This document shows positions 1-10,186 of a DNA stretch of 64,000 bases, in pieces (the first letter of the stretch is position 1; each line of letters opens with the position of its first letter). This DNA comes from an uncultured Fidelibacterota bacterium (lineage in GTDB: Bacteria; Fidelibacterota; Marinisomatia; Marinisomatales; UBA8229). Below the pieces are notes generated by a model. It worked only from the letters and a program-made list of their open reading frames with translations. It had not been told where the DNA came from and ran no database searches. The translations under genes were made by a program, and so were the position numbers. Location of the stretch: NCBI GenBank assembly GCA_913041945.1, contig CAJWIT010000001.1:45175-109174 (forward strand), read 5' to 3'.

Positions 1-1077
1 AGTGAGCAAAACTGTACCCTCCTTTGGGGTTTGCACCAAATAATCTTCACCTGAAAATTCTAGCGATCCTTCCTTTGATGCCAAATACATTTCTACCTTT
101 CCAGCTGGCAAAGGAATGCCAAGACCGTTTTCTTCAGAATTAATGATTTTTAGTTCAACAACCAAAGGTTCTTCCCGCTGGCTTCGTTCCTTGTTTTCAA
201 AAATATATGTTTTTTCGTAATTTATCACTCGCGGATTGTAGAGTTGAACTGTAATATTATCGTCTCCCATAAAATCTAAAACTTCCGATAAGGTATAGAT
301 ATGATAGTCCCCAAGAGATTTTTGATCTGCAGAGACTGGACTACTTGCTACTCTACTGGATTGGGCTCGAAGATACTGCTGACTTCCAGAGCTAATCTTC
401 TTTTGGCCGGCGCGATGAAGTTCTCCTTCAACAAGTTGTAGCGTTAAATCGCTAAAATCTACATCGCTTCGATTTGATATTATTGCTTCCGGAATTAAAT
501 TTGCCTGGTTATCCTTACCATTCATAACCAAACGATAGACTGCATTCCAATCAAATCCAGTGCTTAAATAAATTAATTCGCCTTGAACCTGCATTGATTT
601 TTCCAGATTAATTTCCCAAATCAGGGTAGGTTTAAACTGGGGATTTTCTATCTTATCTTCAGTTGAAATTAACTCGATCTTATCTCGGGGGATAGACAAA
701 ACCTCTGATTTTTTCTGAAGTGTTACCTTGGCATTATTGTATTCCAAAAGGATTCCTTCATGGGTTTTGCCTCCTAAAATCTTTATTTCAACATATTCAC
801 CAAGTTTCCTAGAAAAAAACTCTTCTCCAGAAAAGATATTTGAATTAATTCTCTGCCATCGGACAACAATCTCATCCTGTAATGTAAGGAATGGGGAATC
901 AGTAAATAATCCATAGGGAAGCTGGTCATACTCTATAGTGCTGACGCCAGAGGGGACATTGGACCAGTTTACCGGTTGTTTCACAAGAACAAATCCGTCT
1001 TTGTATAGAGTCATGATTGCTTGGTCAGCTTGTCCAAGCAAAAGAGAAAACATTAATAGACACATACTCTTTATCAT
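1..1077 (-). CDS. DUF4139-family exported protein, 3' end runs off the window
   Basis: Not in the ORF track. Manual translation from ATG 1077 (ATGA overlap with the valS stop) gives MIKSMCLLMFSLLLGQADQAIMTLYKDGFVLVKQ...LIYLSTGFDWNAVYRL...ISNRSDVDFSDLTLQLVEGELHR. This is a signal peptide plus DUF4139-like motifs. Confidence 0.7.
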   Translation of the reverse strand, partial: MIKSMCLLMFSLLLGQADQAIMTLYKDGFVLVKQPVNWSNVPSGVSTIEYDQLPYGLFTDSPFLTLQDEIVVRWQRINSNIFSGEEFFSRKLGEYVEIKILGGKTHEGILLEYNNAKVTLQKKSEVLSIPRDKIELISTEDKIENPQFKPTLIWEINLEKSMQVQGELIYLSTGFDWNAVYRLVMNGKDNQANLIPEAIISNRSDVDFSDLTLQLVEGELHRAGQKKISSGSQQYLRAQSSRVASSPVSADQKSLGDYHIYTLSEVLDFMGDDNITVQLYNPRVINYEKTYIFENKERSQREEPLVVELKIINSEENGLGIPLPAGKVEMYLASKEGSLEFSGEDYLVQTPKEGTVLLT

Positions 1078-3695
1078 TGCAACATCTCCAAATTTATGGT
1101 CAACATTTTAAGCTCGTTATTCATTTCTATCAATTTTTTTTCCTCTCTTTCTACTACTTCTTTAGGTGCACGACTTAAAAAATCTCTTTTTGATAACTTT
1201 TTCTGTATATTAGATATATAGACCTTAAGATCTGTTTTCCTTTTCTCCAATCTTTCCTGCTCTAAAACAACATCTATTAGTCCTTCAAGGGGGATAAAAA
1301 TTTCCATATCCCGTATAACTGCCACAGCAGAATGCGGGGGTTTATCTAAAGACTCTCCAATTGAAATTTCTCTGATCCCACATAAATTTTTTATTACACC
1401 ATCATATTTTTCAAGAACAAATTTTGAGGCCCCATGCATCCGAACCACCATATCAGCTTTTTTGCCTGGAGGAACATTCATTTGACCTCGGATAGTTCGT
1501 ACAGCAATAATAATATCCTGAAGAAACCCCATTGTCTTTTCAGTTTTACTGTCTACCAGTCCCGGATGATAGTCTGGCCAAGGTGAAACAATGAGCTCTA
1601 AATCTTTTTCGGCTTTAAATTGGCTCCAAAGTTCTTCCGTAATAAATGGAGCATAAGGATGTAAAAGTGCCAAAATTGTTTTTAAAACATGAACGATAAC
1701 TCCCCGGACAACATCTCCTTCTCGAGAATCCTTCTCACGAAAGTGTATTTTAGTAATTTCAATGTACCAGTCACAAAAATCATTCCATGTAAAATCATAA
1801 AGCACTTTTGCCGCTTCATTAAAATGGAATCTTTCCAATTGGCGGTTATAGGCTTGAATGGACTTCTGCATTTTGCTCAATATCCATTGTTCTGGCAGAC
1901 CTAATTTTTCTTTTGCAAAATCAATGTCCAGGGCCTGGCCATCTTTCAGATTCATGAGCACAAAACGGGAGGCATTCCACAATTTGTTCATAAAATTACG
2001 TCCCACTTCAAGTCTGTTCGATGAAAACAAAACATCCAAACCTTGGGGCGCCATGAGCATGGTTCCAAAACGAACGGCATCAGTACCATATTCATCAAAA
2101 AGTTCAAATGGGTCTGGTGAGTTACCCAATGATTTGCTGAATTTTCGTCCGGTTTTATCTCTAAGGATCGATGTGAAGTACACATCTTTAAATGGCAGAT
2201 CGCTTTTGAATTCATAACCTGCCATGATCATTCGTGCTACCCAAAAGAAAATAATATCCGGCCCCGTCACCAGAACATCTGTGGGATAAAAATAATCCAG
2301 ATCGGCACTTTCTTCTGGCCAATCGTGAACCGCCAAAGGCCACAACCACGAGCTGGCCCATGTATCCAATACATCTGGATCTCTATACCAATTTTCAGGG
2401 TCTTCTGGTGATTCAATGGACACATGCATTTTTTGTGGGTCTTCCTTATGATACCAAACCGGTATCTGGTGTCCCCACCATAATTGACGGCTGATGCACC
2501 AGTCTTTGATATTTTCCATCCAATGCTTATAGGTCTTAACCCAATATTCTGGGTGAAATTTGATTTTTCCATCAGCCACTGCATGCAGTGCCGGTTTGGC
2601 CAGTTCGCCCATTTTCATGAACCACTGTTCAGACATGTAAAATTCAATAGGCACTTGCCCGCGTTCTGAATAACCTACTTTATGAACATAATCTTCGGTC
2701 TTGACTAGAAAATCCTGTTCTTCAAGATCTTTAACAACCGTTTTCCTGGCATCATCACGAGATAAGTTCTGGTATGCATCAGGGGCATTGTCATTGATAG
2801 ATGCATCTTCATTCATGATACTCACCAATTCAAGACCATGGCGTTCACCCATAGAAAAATCATTGGGATCGTGAGCTGGAGTAACTTTAACACAGCCTGT
2901 TCCAAATTCTGGATCTACATGGTTATCAGCTATTACAGGTAACTCCCTTCCCACCAATGGTAAAATCACCGTTTTACCTACTAAATGTGAATAGCGCTTA
3001 TCTTTTGGATGAACTGCTACCGCAGTATCACCAAGCATTGTTTCCGGTCTTGTTGTAGCCACAACCACAAATTCGTCACTGTCCTTAAGCGGATATTTAA
3101 AGTGCCAGAGATGTCCGTTGACCTCCTGGTGATTTACCTCTTCATCGCTGATCGCTGATCTGGAAACAGGACACCAGTTCACAAGCCGGTGACCTTTATA
3201 AATAAATCCTTTTTCATATAATTTTACAAAAGCTGACAACACAGCTTTCGTATAGCCCTTATCCATGGTAAACCGTTCCCGCTCCCAGTCACAGGAACAA
3301 CCCAGTTTTTTCAACTGTTGGATAATAATACCACCATATTTCTCCTTCCATTCCCAGGCGTGGTTTAAAAACTCATCTCTGGAAAGACTTTGCTTTTCGA
3401 CACCTTGCTCTTTAAGCATCTCAACCACTTTTCTCTCAGTGGCGATAGAGGCATGATCTGTGCCGGGAATCCAGCAGACTTCTTTCCCTTCCATCCGGGC
3501 TTTACGAATAAGGATATCCTGAATCGTGTTATTCAAAACATGCCCCATAGTAAGTATGCCAGTTATATTGGGTGGGGGAATTACTATAGCGAAAGGTGTT
3601 TTTTTGGGGTTAGGTTCCCCGTGGAAATAATTTTTTTCCCCCCAAATCTTATACCAATAATCCTCAACCTCGGCAGGTTTAAACACTTTATCCAT
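1074..3695 (-). CDS. valS: Valine--tRNA ligase
   Basis: PPPNITG, GTDHASIAT, ATTRPET, DWCISRQLWWGH, DIIFFWVARM motifs and a C-terminal coiled coil; 873 aa. Confidence 0.98.
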   Translation of the reverse strand: MDKVFKPAEVEDYWYKIWGEKNYFHGEPNPKKTPFAIVIPPPNITGILTMGHVLNNTIQDILIRKARMEGKEVCWIPGTDHASIATERKVVEMLKEQGVEKQSLSRDEFLNHAWEWKEKYGGIIIQQLKKLGCSCDWERERFTMDKGYTKAVLSAFVKLYEKGFIYKGHRLVNWCPVSRSAISDEEVNHQEVNGHLWHFKYPLKDSDEFVVVATTRPETMLGDTAVAVHPKDKRYSHLVGKTVILPLVGRELPVIADNHVDPEFGTGCVKVTPAHDPNDFSMGERHGLELVSIMNEDASINDNAPDAYQNLSRDDARKTVVKDLEEQDFLVKTEDYVHKVGYSERGQVPIEFYMSEQWFMKMGELAKPALHAVADGKIKFHPEYWVKTYKHWMENIKDWCISRQLWWGHQIPVWYHKEDPQKMHVSIESPEDPENWYRDPDVLDTWASSWLWPLAVHDWPEESADLDYFYPTDVLVTGPDIIFFWVARMIMAGYEFKSDLPFKDVYFTSILRDKTGRKFSKSLGNSPDPFELFDEYGTDAVRFGTMLMAPQGLDVLFSSNRLEVGRNFMNKLWNASRFVLMNLKDGQALDIDFAKEKLGLPEQWILSKMQKSIQAYNRQLERFHFNEAAKVLYDFTWNDFCDWYIEITKIHFREKDSREGDVVRGVIVHVLKTILALLHPYAPFITEELWSQFKAEKDLELIVSPWPDYHPGLVDSKTEKTMGFLQDIIIAVRTIRGQMNVPPGKKADMVVRMHGASKFVLEKYDGVIKNLCGIREISIGESLDKPPHSAVAVIRDMEIFIPLEGLIDVVLEQERLEKRKTDLKVYISNIQKKLSKRDFLSRAPKEVVEREEKKLIEMNNELKMLTINLEMLQ

Positions 3696-3742
3696 CTAGA
3701 ATCTTCACCACTGCCAATTCTGGAATAAATATTGCTTTCTTT

Positions 3743-4252
3743 TTATCGTTCCAATACCAATGAGAAAGCAGTGGTTAACTTTAGGACATTGTCATTGGCA
3801 TTTACAAGGCGTATACACAAGACCCTACAGAGGGCTAACATAATTTTATATCCAGTATCGGGGTAGGTATCACAAACCTGAAGAAAATCGTCCTTCATAA
3901 TTTTGAGCAAATGACAATCTGTCAGTGCTTTTACATTTGCAGTTCGTAGGTCATTTTCATTGAACAGAGACATCTCGCCAAAAAGAGGCGGTGGCAATTG
4001 GTCACTGCTGAATTTTGTGAGTGCCTTTTCGCGATGATCTTTCCCCTGTCGGTCCAAATTCAATGTTAATGCTTGGCTAACTTCAACTTTTCCATCCACT
4101 AACATATACATTGAATCTCCAACTTCACCTTCCTTAATAAATATGTTCCCTTCTGATATTTGTACTTCCTCTGTTATGTCAAAGAAATATTTTGCTTCCT
4201 CATCAACAATATTCTGAAAAACTGAAAAACTTTTCAACTGTTTAATATCCAT
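3743..4252 (-). CDS. Stand-alone cyclic nucleotide-binding domain protein
   Basis: IFIKEGEVGDSMY..G.VEV, FGEMSLF and RTANVKA form the cNMP beta-roll and phosphate-binding cassette; there is no HTH. Confidence 0.88.
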   Translation of the reverse strand: MDIKQLKSFSVFQNIVDEEAKYFFDITEEVQISEGNIFIKEGEVGDSMYMLVDGKVEVSQALTLNLDRQGKDHREKALTKFSSDQLPPPLFGEMSLFNENDLRTANVKALTDCHLLKIMKDDFLQVCDTYPDTGYKIMLALCRVLCIRLVNANDNVLKLTTAFSLVLER

Positions 4253-4259
4253 ATTATCC

Positions 4260-5381
4260 TCAAGAAATCACGACGGCTTGTTCACCGTCACTAATTAAAT
4301 ATTCTTCATGCGGATTTATTACCGTGCTAACCTTTTCCGCCTCTTGGAGAGATATTCCTCCCTCTTTTAATTTGTGTTCAATAAATGCATCTAGAGATGA
4401 GGAATCCGCTGATAAAATTGAATTAATTCCAAGGTTTTCCTCTATGGAGAATACACCCACTAGTATCAAACCATGCTCATTACGAAAATGGTCGGATAAA
4501 GCTGAAAAAGGTCTCCCTATGAAATCTTCAGGAATTTTCTGACATACAAACCTTGATGAAGCTGTTTCATCCAATAAGTGTGATACAGTCTGGGGCACCC
4601 CTGTTTCAATTACATGTGAAGCAACCATATATGCCCCAAAGTCATCGCTCACTACAACCTCATCAACATTTGTCCGTTTCATATGAGTAAGGTTCTCCTT
4701 ATCCATTAGATAAGCCACAACGCGAATATTCGGGTCTATGCTTTTAATAGTCATCGTAGCAAAAATGGTTTTTTCATCGGGACTGCTCAACGCTGTATCA
4801 GTCTCATTTGGAATAACGACCACCGTTTGTGAATCCCTGATACTGGCTTTTTCAAGAATATTTTCTCTTGTAAAATCACCCGACACAAAATGGAGCTTGA
4901 TCTGTCGGAACCGGGACCTTAACGCAGTGACTTTTTCTTCGCTCAAATCATTTATCAACACAATCTCTTTCTCTCCATGAGCTAAATTATCAATGGTTCG
5001 TATAATTCTTCTCCCGTGTTTATTCCAACCACATAAAACCACATGATTTGTTATATTGATTTTTTCCAAACCTTTACCCTCCCGGATTTTCTTTGCTACA
5101 AATATAGACGAAATCGTTGCTGTCAACAGTGAAATCAGAGATATCCCGCCAAACATTACAACTATAGAAAATACCCTCCCAGCAGTTGTTACAGGTGCAA
5201 AATCACCATATCCTACTGTAGTCATGGTGACGATTGCCCACCAAAAAGGATTCTCTCCTTTAGTAATATCTCCAGTTTCCAACAGTTTTAATACTATTCC
5301 ACCAAAAACCATAATAATAAGAATACCAATACCAACTTGAAAAAAACTGTTGCGAAGTAATGTTCTAAACCACAGCTGCAT
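4260..5381 (-). CDS. 2TM potassium channel with RCK (TrkA-N) domain
   Basis: Selectivity filter TMTTVGYGD flanked by two TM helices; Rossmann-like HVVLCGWNKHG and SGDFT in the C-terminal part. Confidence 0.93.
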   Translation of the reverse strand: MQLWFRTLLRNSFFQVGIGILIIMVFGGIVLKLLETGDITKGENPFWWAIVTMTTVGYGDFAPVTTAGRVFSIVVMFGGISLISLLTATISSIFVAKKIREGKGLEKINITNHVVLCGWNKHGRRIIRTIDNLAHGEKEIVLINDLSEEKVTALRSRFRQIKLHFVSGDFTRENILEKASIRDSQTVVVIPNETDTALSSPDEKTIFATMTIKSIDPNIRVVAYLMDKENLTHMKRTNVDEVVVSDDFGAYMVASHVIETGVPQTVSHLLDETASSRFVCQKIPEDFIGRPFSALSDHFRNEHGLILVGVFSIEENLGINSILSADSSSLDAFIEHKLKEGGISLQEAEKVSTVINPHEEYLISDGEQAVVIS

Positions 5382-5463
5382 AAACTGAAGTTAAGGTTTT
5401 CATATGAAAAATTAAATGAGAGAAATTGGAAAGATAAAAAAATATTAATTCGGGACAAAAATA

Positions 5464-6876
5464 CTATTTTTCAAACAATGTCACCACTTCAATATGAGGC
5501 GTGTGGGGAAACATATCCACCAGAATAGAGCGACGAATTGTGTATCCGTTTTCCGTTAATATCCTTGAATCGCGTGCCTGTGTCGTTGGGTTACAAGAGA
5601 CATAAACAATCTTATCAGCTTTAAGCTTTGGTAAGTAATGAGTCAAATGAGGATGCATACCTGCTCTCGGAGGATCTACGATTACTACGTTCGGTTTTGG
5701 TACTCTTTTTGGTAGTTGGCCTTTTTTAAAGTATGTATCCAGATTGGCCTTGAAAAACCAAACATTAGAAACGCCATTTTTTTCTGCATTTTTTTCTGCA
5801 TTCTCCAAAGCAGATCGGATTATTTCAAATCCATAAACCTTTTTCGCATGGGGAGCCAAATACAAAGAAATAGAACCAATACCACAATATAAATCATAGA
5901 CAATTTCTTCGCCGAAAAGTCGGGCAGCTTCAACAATTTGTTCATAGAGATTTTCTCCCTGAATGGTATTGGTTTGAAAAAATGAATTAGCAGAAATATC
6001 AATAGTAAAATTACCTATGTTCTCTTTAATAGTTGGCTGACCATAGAGTAAAATTTCATATTCACCAAAAGCAGAATCAGCTTTTCGTGTATTCACATTG
6101 TTTACCATGGATGTGATTTCAGAAATATCATTCAGGAGTCCATCTACCAAAGGGGAAAGTTTATCCATATCCTCATAGGCAGTTACAATATTCACCATCA
6201 CCTGATGAGTCCGCACACCAAAACGCAACATAAGATGACGTAAAAACCCGTTATGTGTTTTAGGATCAAAAGGGGCTAATTCCGGATGGGCGCGGCATAT
6301 CTTCTGAGCCTTATTCAGAATACGGTTTCCAATTTCAGGTTGAATGTGGCATTCCTTAATGTCTAAAATTTTATCAAATCGACCAGGGATGTGAAGTCCC
6401 AAAGCAATAGATTTTGGCGTATCTTCAGGTTCATCAGACAACAACCAGCGATTGGGTGAAAAGGTAAATTCCATTTTATTCCTGTAATGATACACATTTT
6501 CTGCCGGAATTACTTCGTCAAGTTCAAATTTAGGATATCTTCCAAGTCGGCGAAAAATATCTTCAACCTGATGGACTTTTTGATTCAGTTGTTCTTTATA
6601 CACTAAATTTTGAGTTTTGCATCCACCACATACACCAAAATGCGTGCAAGGTGGTTGCACTGCATTAGGAGAATCTTCTAACACTTCAAGAACACGTGCT
6701 TCAGCATACCCTTGTTTTTTCCGATAGACTAATGTTTTTACTGTTTGTCCGGGAATTGCATCCTTTACAAAAACAACAAAATCGTTATACCGTGCAAGTC
6801 CCCGACCTCCAAAAGCCAGCGACTCAATTTTGAGTGTAAGCTCTGCACCTTTTTTAACAAAGTTAGAATCTGGCAT
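5464..6876 (-). CDS. rlmD: 23S rRNA (uracil-1939-C5)-methyltransferase
   Basis: N-terminal TRAM domain, CTHFGVCGGC Fe-S motif, SFFQTN, DLYCGIG, DPPRAG, YVSCNP, DMFPHTPHIE. Confidence 0.93.
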   Translation of the reverse strand: MPDSNFVKKGAELTLKIESLAFGGRGLARYNDFVVFVKDAIPGQTVKTLVYRKKQGYAEARVLEVLEDSPNAVQPPCTHFGVCGGCKTQNLVYKEQLNQKVHQVEDIFRRLGRYPKFELDEVIPAENVYHYRNKMEFTFSPNRWLLSDEPEDTPKSIALGLHIPGRFDKILDIKECHIQPEIGNRILNKAQKICRAHPELAPFDPKTHNGFLRHLMLRFGVRTHQVMVNIVTAYEDMDKLSPLVDGLLNDISEITSMVNNVNTRKADSAFGEYEILLYGQPTIKENIGNFTIDISANSFFQTNTIQGENLYEQIVEAARLFGEEIVYDLYCGIGSISLYLAPHAKKVYGFEIIRSALENAEKNAEKNGVSNVWFFKANLDTYFKKGQLPKRVPKPNVVIVDPPRAGMHPHLTHYLPKLKADKIVYVSCNPTTQARDSRILTENGYTIRRSILVDMFPHTPHIEVVTLFEK

Positions 6877-6905
6877 TGAATAGTTTAGTAAATATCAGGA
6901 AAAGG

Positions 6906-7769
6906 TTACACCCCGACGGGATGCCAAGTTGTCTTCATTTCCTGGGTTTCTAATATATAATATGGTCCCTGAGATGTTTTTTTAGACCAACCCTCATTTT
7001 TGTAAATAACAGTACGTTTTACATTAAGGGCGGCATTTTCTTCCACCATTTTGATTTCCTGAAGATTCTCCCCACAATAAATCATGGAGTTTACATCCAT
7101 ATGCGATGAAAAATGTTCAAGCAATTCAGTCCGTAAACCTGTGAGAATATTCACCACACCTGCAGGAACATCGGAAGAATGCAAAATCTCCGCACACGAG
7201 ATAGAACAAAGAGGCCGTGATTGAGAAGCTAAAATCACACAGGTATTACCACCTGCAATTACGGGCACAAGCACGGAGACAAACCCCAACAAAGAGGATT
7301 CTTCAGGTGCACAGACAGCCACAACACCAGTGGCCTCCGGAACCGTAAAATTAAAATAGGGCATGGAGACTGGGTTTACCCGGCTAAATATCTGCTGATA
7401 TTTATCCGCCCATCCAGCATAGTAAATAAATCTGTCTATGGTTTGTGTAATTTCTTTCTCTGCAGCTCTCTTTGTTAAACCCTGAAGTATCAGTTCGCCA
7501 ATGAATTGGTCACGATGCCCTTCAAGAATCTCGCCGATTCGATATAAAATCTGTCCCCGGTTATAAGCAGTTCGGCTGGACCAACCCTCAAAAGCCTTTC
7601 TAGCTGCCACAACTGCATTTCGGAAATCCTTCCTGGATCCACGACACATGTTCATGATTGCAGTTTTTTTCTCATCAGTCCATTTATAGTATCTCCCTGA
7701 TTCCGTTCTGGGAAATTTTCCATTTATATACAGTTTATACGTTTTACGAATGCCTAATCGTTTGCTCAT
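6906..7769 (-). CDS. Aldehyde dehydrogenase-family protein lacking the catalytic domain (ALDH16 extra-domain-like)
   Basis: YYAGWADK, AGGNTCV and PAGVVNILTG Rossmann motifs are present; there is no LELGGK or catalytic Cys; 287 aa. Confidence 0.82.
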   Translation of the reverse strand: MSKRLGIRKTYKLYINGKFPRTESGRYYKWTDEKKTAIMNMCRGSRKDFRNAVVAARKAFEGWSSRTAYNRGQILYRIGEILEGHRDQFIGELILQGLTKRAAEKEITQTIDRFIYYAGWADKYQQIFSRVNPVSMPYFNFTVPEATGVVAVCAPEESSLLGFVSVLVPVIAGGNTCVILASQSRPLCSISCAEILHSSDVPAGVVNILTGLRTELLEHFSSHMDVNSMIYCGENLQEIKMVEENAALNVKRTVIYKNEGWSKKTSQGPYYILETQEMKTTWHPVGV

Positions 7770-7784
7770 TTTTCAACTCCCCCG

Positions 7785-9251
7785 TTAGACCAATTCAACA
7801 TATGAATGGAGTCCTTCAACACCGCCTTCTCTTCCCATGCCACTTTCCTTATATCCACCAAAAGGAGACCCTGGATCAAATTTATTAAACGTATTTGCCC
7901 AAATAACTCCTGCCCGAATTTCTCTTGTTACTTTGAATAGTTTTGAACCCTTATCTGTCCACACACCGCCAGAGAGACCAAAAGGGGTATTGTTTGCTTT
8001 TGTAATTGCTTCATCCACTGTACGGAACGTTTGAATAGCCAATACAGGTCCAAAAATTTCTTCCTGAACAATACGATGGGATTGGGAAACGTCAGTAAAA
8101 AGAGTGGGAGCATGCCAAAAACCCTTCCCCGGCAGTTTACAAGATGGTTGGTAAATCAATCCTCCTTCTTTTTTGCCGATATCCACATATGTACATATTT
8201 TTTCCAGCTGCGGCCTGGAATTAATCGCACCAATATCTGTATTTTTATCTAGCGGATCTCCAATCACTAGAGTTTCCATCCTGTCTTTCAGTTTACTAAG
8301 GACTTCCATTGCCACACTTTCCTGCACATAAAGCCGGGAACCGGCACAGCATACATGCCCTTGATTAAAAAAGATAGCATTGATAATGCCTTCGACAGCT
8401 TGGTCTAAAGCCGCATCCTCAAAAATAATATTGGCTGCTTTTCCGCCCAGTTCAAGAGTGTACTTTTTTTCAGACCCCGCCACTGCTTTCATAATATATT
8501 TCCCGACCTCAGTGGATCCAGTAAACGCCACTTTATTCACACAAGGATGCTGCACCAGCATTTGTCCTGTTTTACTACCCCCGGTTATAATATTCACAAC
8601 ACCCGGAGGCAAATCTGCCTCCTGAATCACCTCTGCAAGTTTCAATGCAGTGAGAGGTGTGGTTTCTGCCGGTTTCAGAACTACCGTATTACCTGTAGCT
8701 AGGGCTGGCGCAATTTTCCATGCTGCCATCAACAAAGGAAAATTCCAGGGAATTATTTGCCCGGCAACTCCCAACGATTTTGTGTTGCGGCCTGGGAAAG
8801 CATAATCCAGCTTATCCGCCCAACCTGCATAATAAAAAAAATGTGCTGCTGCCAGCGGAACATCCACATCCCGGGACTCCCTGATTGGCTTACCGCCATC
8901 CATGGATTCAATCACTGCAAACTCCCGCGCCCGTTCCTGAATTAAACGTGCAATGCGAAAAATGTATTTTCCCCGTTCAGAGGGATTCATTTTTGACCAC
9001 ACTTTTTCATAGGATTGCTGAGCTGCCTTAACAGCCTTATCCACATCTTTCTCATTGGCTTCCGAAACTTCAGAAAGCTTCTTCTCATTGGCAGGATTAA
9101 TTGTATCAAAATAATTGCCCCCTTTTGAGGATGTGAATTTTCCGTCAATGAATAATCCATACCGATCTTTCAGCTCTATGTGATCTGTGCTTTCAAGCGC
9201 AGGACTGTATGACCAGTTCGTATCAAACTTTAATGTCTTTGTTTTATTCAT
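7785..9251 (-). CDS. NAD(P)-dependent aldehyde dehydrogenase
   Basis: PWNFP, KPAE, FTGSTEVG, LELGGK (catalytic Glu), QGHVCCAG (catalytic Cys), EEIFGP, PFGGYKESG. Confidence 0.95.
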   Translation of the reverse strand: MNKTKTLKFDTNWSYSPALESTDHIELKDRYGLFIDGKFTSSKGGNYFDTINPANEKKLSEVSEANEKDVDKAVKAAQQSYEKVWSKMNPSERGKYIFRIARLIQERAREFAVIESMDGGKPIRESRDVDVPLAAAHFFYYAGWADKLDYAFPGRNTKSLGVAGQIIPWNFPLLMAAWKIAPALATGNTVVLKPAETTPLTALKLAEVIQEADLPPGVVNIITGGSKTGQMLVQHPCVNKVAFTGSTEVGKYIMKAVAGSEKKYTLELGGKAANIIFEDAALDQAVEGIINAIFFNQGHVCCAGSRLYVQESVAMEVLSKLKDRMETLVIGDPLDKNTDIGAINSRPQLEKICTYVDIGKKEGGLIYQPSCKLPGKGFWHAPTLFTDVSQSHRIVQEEIFGPVLAIQTFRTVDEAITKANNTPFGLSGGVWTDKGSKLFKVTREIRAGVIWANTFNKFDPGSPFGGYKESGMGREGGVEGLHSYVELV

Positions 9252-9263
9252 TTGTTTTATTCT

Positions 9264-10157
9264 CTAATCAATAGAATAATAATTGATGGATTGATAAACA
9301 CCTGTCGACTGTTTGACAATTTGCATCAAAACATCATTCGCCAAAGAACTGGCTCCAAACCGAAACCTGTCTGCAGTCATCCATCCCTGCCCCAGAGTTT
9401 CCCTCACCATAACCAGATATTGGATGGCAAGTTTCGCAGTACTGACTCCCCCGGCTGGTTTCATCCCGACCATTCTTCCTGTCCTTTTATAATAATCCCG
9501 AATGGCTTCCAGCATGACTAGTACCACAGACGGTGTGGCAGCTGGCTTTACTTTTCCTGTTGATGTTTTGATAAAGTCTGCTCCCGCCTCCATAACCAAA
9601 TCACTTGCCTTGCGCACATTGTCCAATGTAACCAATTCTCCCGTTTCCAAAATTACTTTTAGAAGGGCTGAACCACATGTTTTTTTTACCTTAGCTACCT
9701 CATCAAAAACATAAGAATAATCTCCCTGTAAAAATCGTCCCCTGGAAATTACCATGTCCACTTCATTGGCACCTGCACCTACAACGGACTTTACCTCTTC
9801 AAGCTTTGTGTCTAAGGTTGTCATTCCACTGGGGAATGCCGTGGCAACAGATGCTATGTTAATTGAACTTCCTTTCAATGCTTTTTTAGCTACTTTCACC
9901 ATGCTAGGATATACACACACTGCAGCCACCTGGGGAAGTTTTGGAAACTGGTCGTGCAGATGAACCGCCTTGTAACAGAGCTGCTTTACTTTTCCCGGAG
10001 AATCCTTACCTTCGAGGGTGGTCAGGTCAATCATGCTTAAAACCAATTTCAAAGCCTTGATTTTAGATTCTTTTTTTATACTTCGGGAAAATAATCGGGA
10101 GGCTCTCTCTCCTACACCTATCTGATCAATTGGGTGGATTTGAGGATGGTAGTTCAT
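9264..10157 (-). CDS. deoC: Deoxyribose-phosphate aldolase
   Basis: IDLTTL, AAVCVYP, EVDMV, LKVILETG, DFIKTSTGK, KPAGG, RFGASSL. Confidence 0.96.
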   Translation of the reverse strand: MNYHPQIHPIDQIGVGERASRLFSRSIKKESKIKALKLVLSMIDLTTLEGKDSPGKVKQLCYKAVHLHDQFPKLPQVAAVCVYPSMVKVAKKALKGSSINIASVATAFPSGMTTLDTKLEEVKSVVGAGANEVDMVISRGRFLQGDYSYVFDEVAKVKKTCGSALLKVILETGELVTLDNVRKASDLVMEAGADFIKTSTGKVKPAATPSVVLVMLEAIRDYYKRTGRMVGMKPAGGVSTAKLAIQYLVMVRETLGQGWMTADRFRFGASSLANDVLMQIVKQSTGVYQSINYYSID

Positions 10158-10186
10158 TATAACATGTTTTCCGTTTACTGTTCTTG

